From assembly GCA_000320545.1 (NCBI GenBank), contig ADNK01000138.1:1-56688 (forward strand): a stretch of DNA of 56,688 nt. Reading direction: 5' to 3'. Below, one piece after another: positions 1 through 12,154 of the stretch. Origin of the DNA: Bigelowiella natans CCMP2755 (Eukaryota; Protista; Cercozoa). Under the pieces are notes generated by a model. It had not been told where the DNA came from. It saw nothing but the letters and a program-made list of their open reading frames with translations, and did no database searches. How positions within the stretch are numbered: position 1 is the first letter of the stretch; each line of letters starts with the position of its first letter. The position numbers and the translations under genes are program-made.

Positions 1-11
1 ATACATATACT

Positions 12-133
12 CTTAAATTGTATCTATTCGTTTCCTTGGTCACATGTTACATGCATGAAAATGCCAGACCAAATCACAATGCATTTTTATGCATGCAACA
101 TGTGACCAAGGAAACGAATAGATACAATTTAAG
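12..133. repeat. 53-bp inverted repeat (arms 12-64 and 81-133, 16-nt loop); hairpin/MITE-like
   Basis: Arm 1 (cttaaattgtatctattcgtttccttggtcacatgttacatgcatgaaaatgc) matches the reverse complement of arm 2 at 51/53 positions. Confidence 0.95.
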
Positions 134-135
134 CG

Positions 136-225
136 CTGTAGCCGCTACATTGCATAGCTACATTAGGATGACCATTGAAAAAATTTAAATATTTCATTAC
201 ATCCGTCTCATACATATATGTATTA
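136..225 (+). repeat. Dispersed repeat copy, homologous to ~11102-11200
   Basis: Shared blocks in the same order at both sites: ctgtagcc...tgcatagctacatta...ggatgac(c/a)attgaaaaaat...atttca...cgtctca. Confidence 0.7.
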
Positions 226-446
226 TCTCCTCTGTCTAGCTGTAAATCATCACGTCACATTGTAGCTTGTACGTACTAGCCGCTACACGTGCCAAAAGTG
301 CAGTTGTGCATCCCCCACTCGACTGAATCATGTCTATTAGTGCGTTTGCCAAATTGCATGTGGTCTCAAAATGAACCTCACCGAAGCATCTCACTCCCCA
401 TCATTACATAGGGCTGTGATGTTCAAAATGCCTGTTTCGTATCGAT

Positions 447-1567
447 TCACTCGAATTTTCCCTCAGTGTTAGCCTGCAATAGTTCTACAGCAACTATTGC
501 ACCAAAAAGTCGAGCGAAAGTAGGAAGAACACAAATGAGGATACCACCACTACCAAGAAGTCCGAATCTATTTAACTTCGGCATTGTGTTCCAGTGATGA
601 TCACACACTAAGCCTTTCACTATTCTAGACATTTTCATTGCAGCATCTGGGAAGATTGAGGCTAGTGCAGCAGCTAGGATAGCAGTGATAGGGTTCCAAA
701 TGATAACTAGAACATCGAGACAAGTTTTCAAGAACGCAAGTATTTTCCCATCAGTTTTAGGGTCGAAGAGTAAATAATCAGATGATGACCCGCATTGAGA
801 GGAATAACGATTGCGGATCTCCCCCTCATGCGCCTGAGTGAGCTTTCGGGTGTCAAGGTTGAATGAATGCCGGGAACCAGACTCTCCAATTAGTATTATT
901 TCATACGTCAGTGTAGAAAAATGCATCTCTGCTACACTAGAAGCTTCACCTCCCAAAGGTGTGGAGAAAAGATCTTCCCCTGTCTTTCCGTCCGCCATTG
1001 TTAACATTCCATCGGCTGTGAGCTTCGCGCGCAGGCTACCGTCTGGGGAGCTTGCTTGCATTTGGGGATGTGCTGTGTTGGTCTAACACTGTTTAGAATT
1101 CTCTCTGAACACAAAGTGGAATGAGAGCAAAAAAAAGTACAGGGGTATGTGTGGCATCGATTTCTACTGACAGTTGGTGTCGGAAATCCAGGAAATCAGC
1201 ATCTGGATTTCTGTTGCAATCGCATGCAATCTTTGAGGAAGACAACAAATTCATGGAGAACAAACTAACCACACAAATTTCGTAGGTTCCCAATGTGCTG
1301 CCACTGGACGTCTCCGTCTTGTTCATCAACACAAGATCACTTCTTGTGGTGGATGCAGCAAGTGCAATGGAAGACACGTCCAATGTGCATCTTTGGAATT
1401 GCTTCATTCAAAGGGAGAGCACGTGAGGGTGAACAAGGAGGACGTAGCTGACGTTGCACCAGCACGTGCACTCGCTCGTTCAACAATCCTTCGAGAGTCC
1501 TCGTTGTTTTCAGCTTGAGGTGTGTCCGTGTGTGCACGTCCACGGGTCCAATGAACACAAAGGACAC
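447..1567 (-). CDS. Spliced gene or pseudogene with a WD40/beta-propeller-like segment; 5' part lies in TpA-depleted DNA
   Basis: ORF 447-1061 has SSPDGSLRAKLTADGMLTMADGKTGEDLFS (WD-like). A GT..AG intron at 1140-1083 joins it in frame to an upstream exon (NPDADFLDFRHQLSVEIDATHTP). Exons further upstream look degenerate. Confidence 0.4.
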
Positions 1568-2480
1568 ATCTCATCCTCCTCTGTTCTCAGCGTTGCGCTA
1601 GCTAGCTGATCACCCCAGCACGTCTAGACGTGTTGCGCCGACACAATGAGCCATTCGTTCACATCATCGATGCAAGCTAGCAAGTCATGGCCATGACACT
1701 TTGAGCGTGCGACACTTGACACCAGTTCAGTTGCACCATCCCTAGCTAGCTAGACCCAGCCCCGGCACTGCTAGACTGCTAGACTGGTCAGGAGCTTGAG
1801 CTCTAGCTAGAGCTCCAGAGCTAGCCAGACCATTTCTGGATTTGGACCATTGGCATTGATCAAGTCTGTCGCTTCATCAATTTGTTCCAGCAAGCAAGTC
1901 TGGAAGTGTTGCAACACTGATCTAGTCTAGTAGTGATGCATCTGCTGAACAACGCAACATCGCTAGATCGCCACATGCTCCAGTGCTGCTGGCATGCTGG
2001 CATGTGATGCGTGCATTGTGAGCAGCAATGACGCCGCCAGCTCGCAAAACATGCTGGCACATGCAGTGCTAGAGTGTTTCATGTCTGGGCATGCACGTGT
2101 GATGAGCATTGCTAGATTGGCCCATGCCAGCATGCATGCGCTAGCATGGCTATTGGATAGGCGTTGTCGGTGATCGCATCGCGGTGCGTGCTACGCTTAG
2201 CGCTTAGCGCGTGCCATGATGGCCCATGCTAGCATGTGGTGGTATGGCATAGTGGCGTGGATGCGTTCAGCAACAACTCGATCAGCATGCTAGCACTACA
2301 GCATGCCGATGCATGGGATGTGCAACGGCGATGATGTCGATGCTAGGATGGCGGTGCACGATGCCACACTGCACGTTGCAACGTAACGTGAGAAATGTCA
2401 AGTTGCTTCGTCCTGCTGAGCAGCCATGCTAGCAGCGATCATCTCTGAAATTCCGAGCTGAACGCGACACACGTGGCACA
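1300..2480. other. TpA-depleted, CTAG-retaining island
   Basis: Between ~1290 and ~2140 nearly every TA is in CTAG (two GTAG exceptions). Rich in CATG, TGCA and CACG. Confidence 0.85.
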
Positions 2481-4169
2481 TCCTTGTCGCGCGACTCGCG
2501 TAGCTTCACGAATAATAGCTAAATGGGGCTAGCATCATGCATGTCTAGATGCGTTCATTTCTCTTACTAGCTTAAGATTTCGTAAAGGTTCTGCATGAAC
2601 GGTCGAAATGAAAAACAGTAACCGTCAGTACGTTCATTCTTTCGCTTCGATACTTGTAGACTTGATGCACCTACATCCGTGCGAGTACAGACTACGACGA
2701 TCTGTGTGTGTTTTTCCAATATTTGAGTCATCTCATTTACAGAGAATTTGGAAAGTAGAAAAGTCTTGGTGTAAAATTCATCAGATTGTACAAATCATCA
2801 TTACGCATCAGTCCCGAAAGATGGTATATTAATGACTTGATATCATCCTTTGAGGATAAAAAAGTTGTCTGATAAACGTCGCAGTACAGACCGTATTAAT
2901 GCTGCTTGCTAGGAGACACAAACGCGTCTGCGAAGGCATAAATAACGAACAAGTAATGGAAAACAACACATATGCGTTAATTGGGGTTGAGAGAGTAGGC
3001 AGTCAATGGTTTTTCAACGGTCGCTTCAATCAGAATTAATGCATATCCGTTCATTGCAAAAGCAAGACGCAAATGCTCATACAAGAGGTGTCAGAATTAG
3101 CATACTCATCATCGAAGATTGTTTTTCACAGGGCACAGTAGGAACAAGAATTACTTTGACGGGAGCATACCCGCAATGCGATAAGTAGCCGAATGTCCCC
3201 TTCTCTCATTAACCCTATATTTCGTCTCTGATCGGAACATTGTTACTATCGTCAATACTACAGAAGATAAGATGATTCTGTGATTACTACTTGACAATTG
3301 TTTATGACCTCATACTTTTATGTGTTGACTACATCCACATCAATGACCATACTGCGCTGGCGGGCGCAAATCATTGCGTGTTCAGACGCAAATTACCAAA
3401 ATATTTTAAATCACAGGTTCTGTTTGAAAGACTACCCATATATAATTAGTAACCTCCTATTATGCTAAAGGAAGTAAACAACATTTAGCTTGTGCAAAGT
3501 GTTTTTATTACCGTGTTGCATGGGCAGTTTTGACGATATTCATCTCCAAGACTTTTAATTTTTAGAGACTTTTAACTTTTAGAGATCCTTAGTTAGGGGG
3601 AAATAAATGCGGTACAGCTCGTATTCGTTTGCAATAATGGCGTCTTAGAACCAGGATTAAGGATTTACAGTGAATCATGCCCTCATAGAATTTGACATCT
3701 TTTGTTGTCGACAGCGGGATGATATCATCATCATTCTTTCGAATTAGCATGTTGGTTCATCCTCGGGCTGCTACTACTTATGAACTAATGAGATAATCGG
3801 CGTAATTGACACCTTAAAAGTTGCTGTCCGAAAGCCATAAGCTTTGATGAGGCAGTTGATGACATAATTGTGAAACTCTGTGCAACCATATCTCTCTAGC
3901 TTCCCTTGCATCATTTCACATCGGCAATATAGCAGGTTTCCCAGTGGTGAATGTGTGTGAGTGAGGGGGTTTCTCCACAGTGCGGCGGCATGGAATTTGC
4001 GCAATAAGCTAAACCAATATAATTATTTTCTAGGGTAGTATTTTATGTTGGAAAAGCATGGGATTCTCTGAATACGGCAAAGCAAAATAAACATAATAGA
4101 GCGAATTTAGACAATTCGTTATTTCCTGCAATACGACTAAGAAATAACGATGTCGTAACTTGAAATTAC

Positions 4170-4596
4170 CCACTACTTGCCTGTTTCAGGTTGTTCCGGT
4201 CGCCGTAACAACAACAACAGAGAACAATGGTGTGGCATAGTTTATCTTGAATGCGTCTTGAATTGAGGGGGCAGACAGTACGATCAAGATGCTCATTGTT
4301 CTTCATACCAAGTGAAATTCGAGGAGGGGGAGTTCCGTCATCATCACCTTCAAATACAGCTAATTGAGGTAATTGGTGAATGACACTTCACAACTATTCC
4401 CACTCCGCCCCAATGTGCAGCAACCATCGAAGCCTACGTTCTAGTCGTGATGAATGTGGTTTGATATTGGCCATGTATGGCGTCCATCATCTATAATATA
4501 GGAACTTGCAGCCTAAGTAATCCGCTGCAGTCACAACTGGTAAGTCATTCCAAACTTCGGGACAAACAGACAATCCAACATTCTTTTCACACACAC

Positions 4597-4628
<32 letters not shown>

Positions 4629-5794
4629 TAACTGCTGCTGCTGCTGCTGCTGCTGCTGCTACATCATTACTAAAAATTATGAACAGCATAGGCACAGCCC
4701 TAGAAGCCACGGACAAGAACGATAGGGTGAACTGAATGCTGCTAGCGGTGGTGGAGGAGGAAACAGAAGAATCATCATGAGAATGGCAACAGCGTCGAAA
4801 CAACAATCGCCTCAAGGAAAGGGAAGGGATACATCTCACAACCTTAAGTGGAGGGTAATCAACTTCTGTATGATGAGAGTTAATAACCCTGCTACTAAGC
4901 AGTGAGTGGCTACATGATGGTTTTATTTCACAATTGTTATTCAATTAATTGCTCACAAGTATGCTGCCTCTGTCGCTTCTTGGAGTTATGGAGCATGATC
5001 ATTGTTTTGTTTTGCTTCTTGACGTGCGTTATAACAATGATAGGTGATATGCATCTTATTCAACTGGATAGTAGCAATACCTTTCATGTTTGTGCCGATC
5101 GACACAGTGTTCTTTTTCATTTTCAGAGGGGGCTGCATAGGCTTTGTGGTAATAACAACTCCGACAACTGTTGTACTACTTGCATCCCTCCTCCTCTTCT
5201 TCCACAGCAAGTCCTTATTCTATCTATTTCAGATGGGGGCCTTGCAGATGATTATGTTAAAGAAGTTGACCACATTCGATTACAGTCATCGTTGTGCTAT
5301 GCAACTGCCGTTTGCACATATGATGATCGTTCCAATGGGTTTATGGTGCTGTTATGCTATCGTTCACAAGTTGGATTATCTCGCGTACATTCTGAGGTAG
5401 TACGTAGTAGAAATTAGGAGGAATAGTACTATCAATATGAAATCATGAGAAGAAGAAAAGTAGCTACTGTTGCAATTTATTACTACTACTAGTACAACAA
5501 CTTTATTTCACTATTATCACAATAGTAGCTATCATTCACTTATCAGCAATATACATGAGCCACCAAATCCACAAAAAAATTACAGCTTCTCAACTACACT
5601 CAAATACTAAATGTGAGTTGCTTTCTCGGGTAGTAAGGCTGATCTTGGTGCTGCTGGTAACGTCGTCCGTCACTGTCTTATTGTTATGATGATATGCTGC
5701 TCTGTGTTAGCTACGCTTCATCCCTAGGTCTCAACATAGTTATGATGCTGTTGTTGGATTATAGATCTACTATCCTCCAGATTCGGTAGAAATA

Positions 5795-5827
<33 letters not shown>

Positions 5828-8509
5828 GTGATGATGAAAAAAGGTGTGGAGAGTAGTTACAATTTATTCATCATATACTTACTTTTACGTATCATGCTTA
5901 TTTGAAATGATGCAGATTCATTTGATCAGATAATAATGGTTTATCCGCCCTCATACAGCTGCTACACGACTAACTATTCTCTCTTCTCTCCACCCTCTGC
6001 TTCTTCTTCTTCTTCTTCTTCTTCTGCAGTGTGATTATCCTACTGGCAGTGTTCATGTTTGTTTTGGGCGTTGGAATGGCATACGCCGTTGTATTTGGGT
6101 AGTAGAATTTATATATCCATAAGTGTTATATATCTGTACTTGTGTTGATCAAACTTGACCGTAAACAGGCTCTTTTTTGCATCTATCGAAACTTGGTTTG
6201 AGAAGGCAATTGCTTGTATCATATATCCAATAATATGGGAACTTATTAAAAGCTGCTACCTCTTGGTAATAATTACTACAATAGTTGGTATAATCCGCTC
6301 CTCCTCCTCCTCCTTTAGTACTACAATGCTGCAACAACTTATGTTTGAGTGAGTATGTTGCTGACAACGAGGTTTGCCACAACTTATGTTTGAGTAAGTA
6401 CTTGCTCACAACGAGATTTGCATGCCGTACTAATAATAATGCTCTTATTTTTTCTTTTCTTCTTCTTCTTCTTCTTCTTCTTCTTCTTCTTCTTTGCCAA
6501 AAAACAGACTCTTTGGTTGTTCTTGGACGAGGGAAAGCTACATAATACCATGGGGTTTCTCTTCGACTTCTGTGCTGTTTCAGTTGCTGCTCTCCCGTAC
6601 TATCTCCTCTTCTTCTTCTTCTTCTTCTTCTTCTTCTTCTTCTTCCAAGGCTCCTCGATGAACAAAAGCTTGCAACTTAACTACTGGATATCATAATCTT
6701 GATAGCAACATAGTAGTAGCATTTTCTCTGCTGCTAAGAAACGATAATCATAATTAAAAAGTAAACGATGATGAAAGTAATGACTAGGTTCTTTCCTCAA
6801 ATTCCTTAAAATGTGATAATGAACAGCTACCGAGCAATATTGATCGAATTTGAGAGCTGGGGCGATTTCCTAGCTATTTTTATCGTGGAGATATTGTAAG
6901 AAGATGATGACGTCTGTTGATCCTCTACTTACATCGTAGATCATATGCTGCTGATTCACTGCTTTTGCATGATTCTAATATAATATAATCTAATCTAATC
7001 ATCGTCATCATCATCATCATCATCATCATAAATCAGATATAAGTTTATAAAGTATGTTGTACCTTTTACGAAATGGGGAATAACGTTCTCGCACATGGTA
7101 ATGATGATAATAGGAATAGTTAGGTGTGGTTGATCTTGTTGTTGTTGTTGCCGTTGTTGCAATAGATGACTAATAAAAAAGATTGAGTTCTGTGGTAAAT
7201 GTGCTTCTTACTACTAACTGGCATAATAACCTCTATTCGACTTACTTGTCCTAAACTGATGCCTCCTCCCTCCCTCCTTCCTTTCCGCATGCAACAACAA
7301 TAATAACAACAACAATAACTGTGGTTGCTCGCCTTTGGATGATAGCTAAACCAGATCAAGAATGTAACATTCAAATCCGAGGAAGGGGGATTGGAATTGG
7401 AACTGAGGGGGACTAGTAAAGTTAATTATCTAAGGGAAACAAGTGAAGGAACCAGAAAAAGAAACAATGATGCTATTCAATATCATGGAGTAATAATCAT
7501 TAGCTCAGCATTATCCTTTTCGCTTTATTTCATTGTATTTTTAAAATGTAGCCATTATTGAGTTATTTATTTGTGTTATTTTATCTGTCGCTAACCTATT
7601 ACATTTTAGGAGGAAAAGAATATTAATTTAAGTCCTACCAGTATCAAAAACAATCTAGAAGTTACTTTGCCGCCTATTTTAGAAGAAGAACAAATACAAA
7701 AGGAAAGGCAGCCACAGATAATACTAAAATGCAGAGAAAATGAAGAATCGTCGAAGAGACAACAGATAGTGCAAGAAGATTCTCAACAAGTGAGTACTTT
7801 TACTGAAAGAAGAGGACTAGGAGCAGAAAGGAGGAGGGGGAGTGATAGAATCGTTATGCCGACAGAAGCTGCAGGCCCAGCAGCAGCAGCAAACAGTAAC
7901 ATTATCAACGATGATGATGCTGCTGCTAAAAATGAGCGGCATGATAGTAGTTACGATCATACAAATAATAACCATTCGTCATTGCAGCAGCAAAAACAGC
8001 AGCAGCAGCATAAAATGGAGATCGTCCTTAATTATAGACAGGATATGAATGATGACACTAAATACGAAGAAAGAAGAAACAGAAGGCAAGGCAAACCAGA
8101 AGAACAAGAAGAAGGAGGTGTTAGTGCTGAATCAAGCTCTGTAATCTTTTCTCATCAGCACCATCAGGGCATGCAGCAACAAATACAAAAATGTGAAAGC
8201 AGCAGCAGCAGCAGCAGCGTCACCGATGGTCAGCAAGTGAATTTATTATCCATAGCAGATGATAACCCTACTCCTCGTAGTTACTACCGTCAATACTCTG
8301 ATCAAGTAGAGAGGAAGGAAAAAAGCAAAGAAAATGATAATGACCGTCGTCGAAATTGCCTTCTTCATGATGACAGAGAAGAGGCAAATGATCTCAACAG
8401 CTTCTTAAGCTGTATCATCAATAAGGAGGAGGAGGAGAAGGAGCAAAACGTTGAGAAGGCTCATCAAATAGAAGAGAACGTCAATAAAAGTAGTAGTAGT
8501 AGTAGGGCT

Positions 8510-8543
<34 letters not shown>

Positions 8544-9728
8544 GGCTGTTGACGGCATTAGCGACAAGCAACACTACCACAAAAGCAGCAGCTTCTTCTT
8601 CTTCTCCTCCTCCTCCTCCTCCTCCTACTACTACTACTAATTTTACTATAAGTACTATCACCGACATCTCGGATGATCTTCCAAATGCCCCTTCTCCTTC
8701 TTCTTCTTGCTCTTCTTCTACAACAGAATCAGTAGTAGCAGTAGTAGGCATAATATCAGCAACAAACCGCAATTTTGGTGATGAGGGGAAAGGTCAAACA
8801 GCAGCAGCAGCAGCAGCTAAGATGAAGAAGAAGAAGACTTATGATGATAATATCATCCAAAAGGTAGTAAGTAGCTGCACTATTACTACTACAAGTAGTA
8901 GTAGTAGTAGTAGTGGTAGTAATGGTGCTGTTGTATCTTGTTGTTGTTGTTGTTTTTCTTCTCCTCCGGCTGCTGATGCTGTGGGATATGATTATTGAAG
9001 GAATAAACAAAACCAAGCAATAACGACACCAATGATGATGATCGATCATGATGACCACCGACGATGATTGATCACGACACACACAATAAGCATATAACTT
9101 GTTGTACTACTCGTTACAAAATGGTAGGCTTGCTACTATTACTACTTCATCTTCTTCTTTAAGATTATCCCCATAATCTTTAATTTTATCCCCATAATCT
9201 TTAATTATGATGCAGATTCTTCCTAGAAAGTCTAAGATAAACGTTTGCCACGAGGGTGGTATATTAAGAGGTAACAAAGGAGGAGGAGGAGGAGGAGGAG
9301 GAGGAGGAGGAGGATTAAGTGGTGGTTGTGGTCATTTGGAAGTATTAAAGGCTAAAAAATCAAGAAAAATAGGGGGGAAACAAGGAAAAAAAAGTGATAA
9401 AAAAGGACCTTCTCATCATCATCATCATCATCATCATCATAAAGATGGCCAACAACAATCAATAGCTGAAACAAGAGCAGCAGCTGCTACTACCACTACT
9501 ACTTCTACACAACTTAGAAGGACGGCATTAGTAGCAAAGACTGAAAGAAAACAACAAAGGAGGAAACATGCTAGTAACCACCTCTTTCACGAGGAGATGA
9601 AACAGCGGAGGGGTAGTATTATTCAGTGGAGTAGAATTTCTACTATAGTCGCTATATCGCCAGATATGGAAGATATTGAGCTTCTCCAAAGGGAATTGTC
9701 CATAAGTAAGAACAACAAACAACTACAG

Positions 9729-9768
<40 letters not shown>

Positions 9769-10645
9769 AAAATGATATGATGATGATTGGTTCTAATTAC
9801 AATTATTATCATTCTTTTTCAATTTCTTGAAAACAATATGCATTGAATAATCGCATTATAAATACTTCTACACAGAATTCTTCTTTCAAAGTACGGTGGA
9901 TTTTGTTGATATATTTGGTGTATGGGCTATTCTGGTAATAACCACATCCTCAGAAGAATAAAATTTAGATTATGAGGAGGAGGAGGAGGGAGGGGAGGGA
10001 AAATGAATGGTGAATAAAAATGAATATCAGGAGGATGCAAGCTTACAGTATATGAAAGATAGATGGTGTATACAGCTACTTCCTACAATTGTAAAATACT
10101 AATAATATACTCCGTTTGATGGATGATGACACACGTCACAACATTCTTCTTCTTCTTCTTAGGTTGTGATGAGATATTGCAAGATTGGATTACCTCAAAC
10201 AATTCCAACTTCGGTAGTACTACAGCACGTATGTAAGTAAGTAAGTAGGTAAGTAATATCCACTGATAAACAGCTAATCTTGTACAGAGTAATATACGTC
10301 GGTTGCACGCTTATTATATCTTGGATAGGTTGAGGCATCATCTAATATTTCTTCTCACCCCGAAGAGAAATATCATTCAATGATGACCGTGCATCAGTTC
10401 TAACATAAGAAAATACTCATTATCCAACAAGCTGATTATTTTATGCGATGATTGTGGCGAAACTACAGGCATGGGTAACACTGAATCAACAATACGCGGT
10501 GTCTGTTGTACTGGAAATATTTGCTTTCGTTGGAGGAGTATATCTAATCGGAACAAAGCTTCATTGCAAAAGTAAAAAAAATTAATATATGTATTTATAC
10601 ATAAATTTATATATATAGATATATGAGTGAGTGAGTGAGTGTGTG

Positions 10646-10694
<49 letters not shown>

Positions 10695-10830
10695 CTTTCA
10701 CAACTTTGTATCGGTCAGTAATTGAGTACTTGTTTCCTCCATTCCTCCCGTTTTCCCTGCGACCATTATACATACAAAAGCTAATACTTAACGATATCAG
10801 ATTTCATGCCGATCCAAAACTCTAAACCGA
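4170..10830 (+). CDS. Multi-exon hypothetical polytopic membrane protein with a long low-complexity insertion
   Basis: GT-AG-bounded hydrophobic exons: 5044-5396 (ICILFNWIVAIPFMFVP...), ~6030 VIILLAVFMFVLGVGMAYAVVFG, ~6170 LFFASIETWFEKAIACIIYPIIWELIK, ~6510, ~6855, ~7037, ~10510 LEIFAFVGGVYLIG. S/Q/E/T-rich ORFs at 7667-8998 and 9207-9740. Ends uncertain; could be two genes. Confidence 0.5.
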
Positions 10831-10949
10831 TCTTGCTGAAGCACACATTCCCTACAGTAGTAGCTACTATAGCTATTGCTATTGTTGTAATATATGTGTG
10901 TTTCGATCCTGGAGATAGATCAGAACTAATCCTTGCATGATTATTGTCG

Positions 10950-11041
10950 CAAGTTTTATGAGCGCATAAATGTGCCCAAAATATGTACATGTGTGAGTGT
11001 GTTTGACAGCGGCCTGCTCGTTGCGTACACGCATGCACACA

Positions 11042-11080
<39 letters not shown>

Positions 11081-11715
11081 CATATGTAGCATGTGTCCAA
11101 ACTGTAGCCACCGCTATGCATAGCTACATTAACAATATTTGGATGACAATTGAAAAAATGTAATCATTTCAATGCACTCGTCTCACGTACCTAGATGTCC
11201 ACACAGCTCCATGAGGATGACGATTGAAAAGTCTAACAATCACTTCATCACATGCTGCATACACACATGCATACACACCTACATGTGAGACTGATCATCT
11301 GCTAGTACGTCGATCAGTACGTCGCATGCATGCATGTTACGTTTAGCCAACATCTGCGCGACGATGCGATGTGCTACGAGATACATCTAGAAATGCCATC
11401 TAAGTCTAATGTGATGATCGCATGCATGTGTCGCACATACATTCATGGCAGCGGTGTAGATGCGGGTTGACGGCCGCACTGCGAGTGCTAGAGTGCAGCA
11501 ACGTCGTCGTCGATGTACATGCATGCATCTAACCACATATGCTCATGGCTCATTGCAATCAAATACGACGCATGTCGCCAAAAATGGGTGCATGGATAGA
11601 CACACTGATATGCAGATGAGCATTGTGCGATGCTGTCATATTCGAAAACACACTCAGTCCCCAAGCCAATCACGTCTTCATCAATTGGAGGAGCATTATT
11701 ATTATCATGATCGCT
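10950..11715. other. Intergenic island with partial TpA depletion and repeat remnants
   Basis: CATG/TGCA/CACG-rich, fewer TA than the flanks; contains copies of the 136-225 repeat at ~11102 and ~11214. Confidence 0.55.
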
Positions 11716-11844
11716 AGGGTAGTGGGTAAGATTGCACTATGCTTGCTGTGACATTACTACTATCCCACCAGGGTTGTAGTACTGATGAAATCTGGACATC
11801 GATATCTGTATGAAAATGGGTAACACAGAGAAAACCACACCCTA

Positions 11845-11923
<79 letters not shown>

Positions 11924-12117
11924 TGTAAAGACAGTGTCATGGGCCAAAGATTAAGTTTGGTATGTGTAGGAATTTGATATAGTTTGATGAACGTCAACAA
12001 GTTAAATAATTCGTAGGATAGGATAGGATAGGATTACCACTGAAATGTATCACCACGTATTATTAATATATTATCAGTAACGTATCTTATTCTTTATCCA
12101 TGCTCATCTACTACACA

Positions 12118-12154
<37 letters not shown>

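Noticed and set aside
2608-4004. Short ORFs as a gene
   Set aside because: No consistent spliced frame or recognisable domain could be built.
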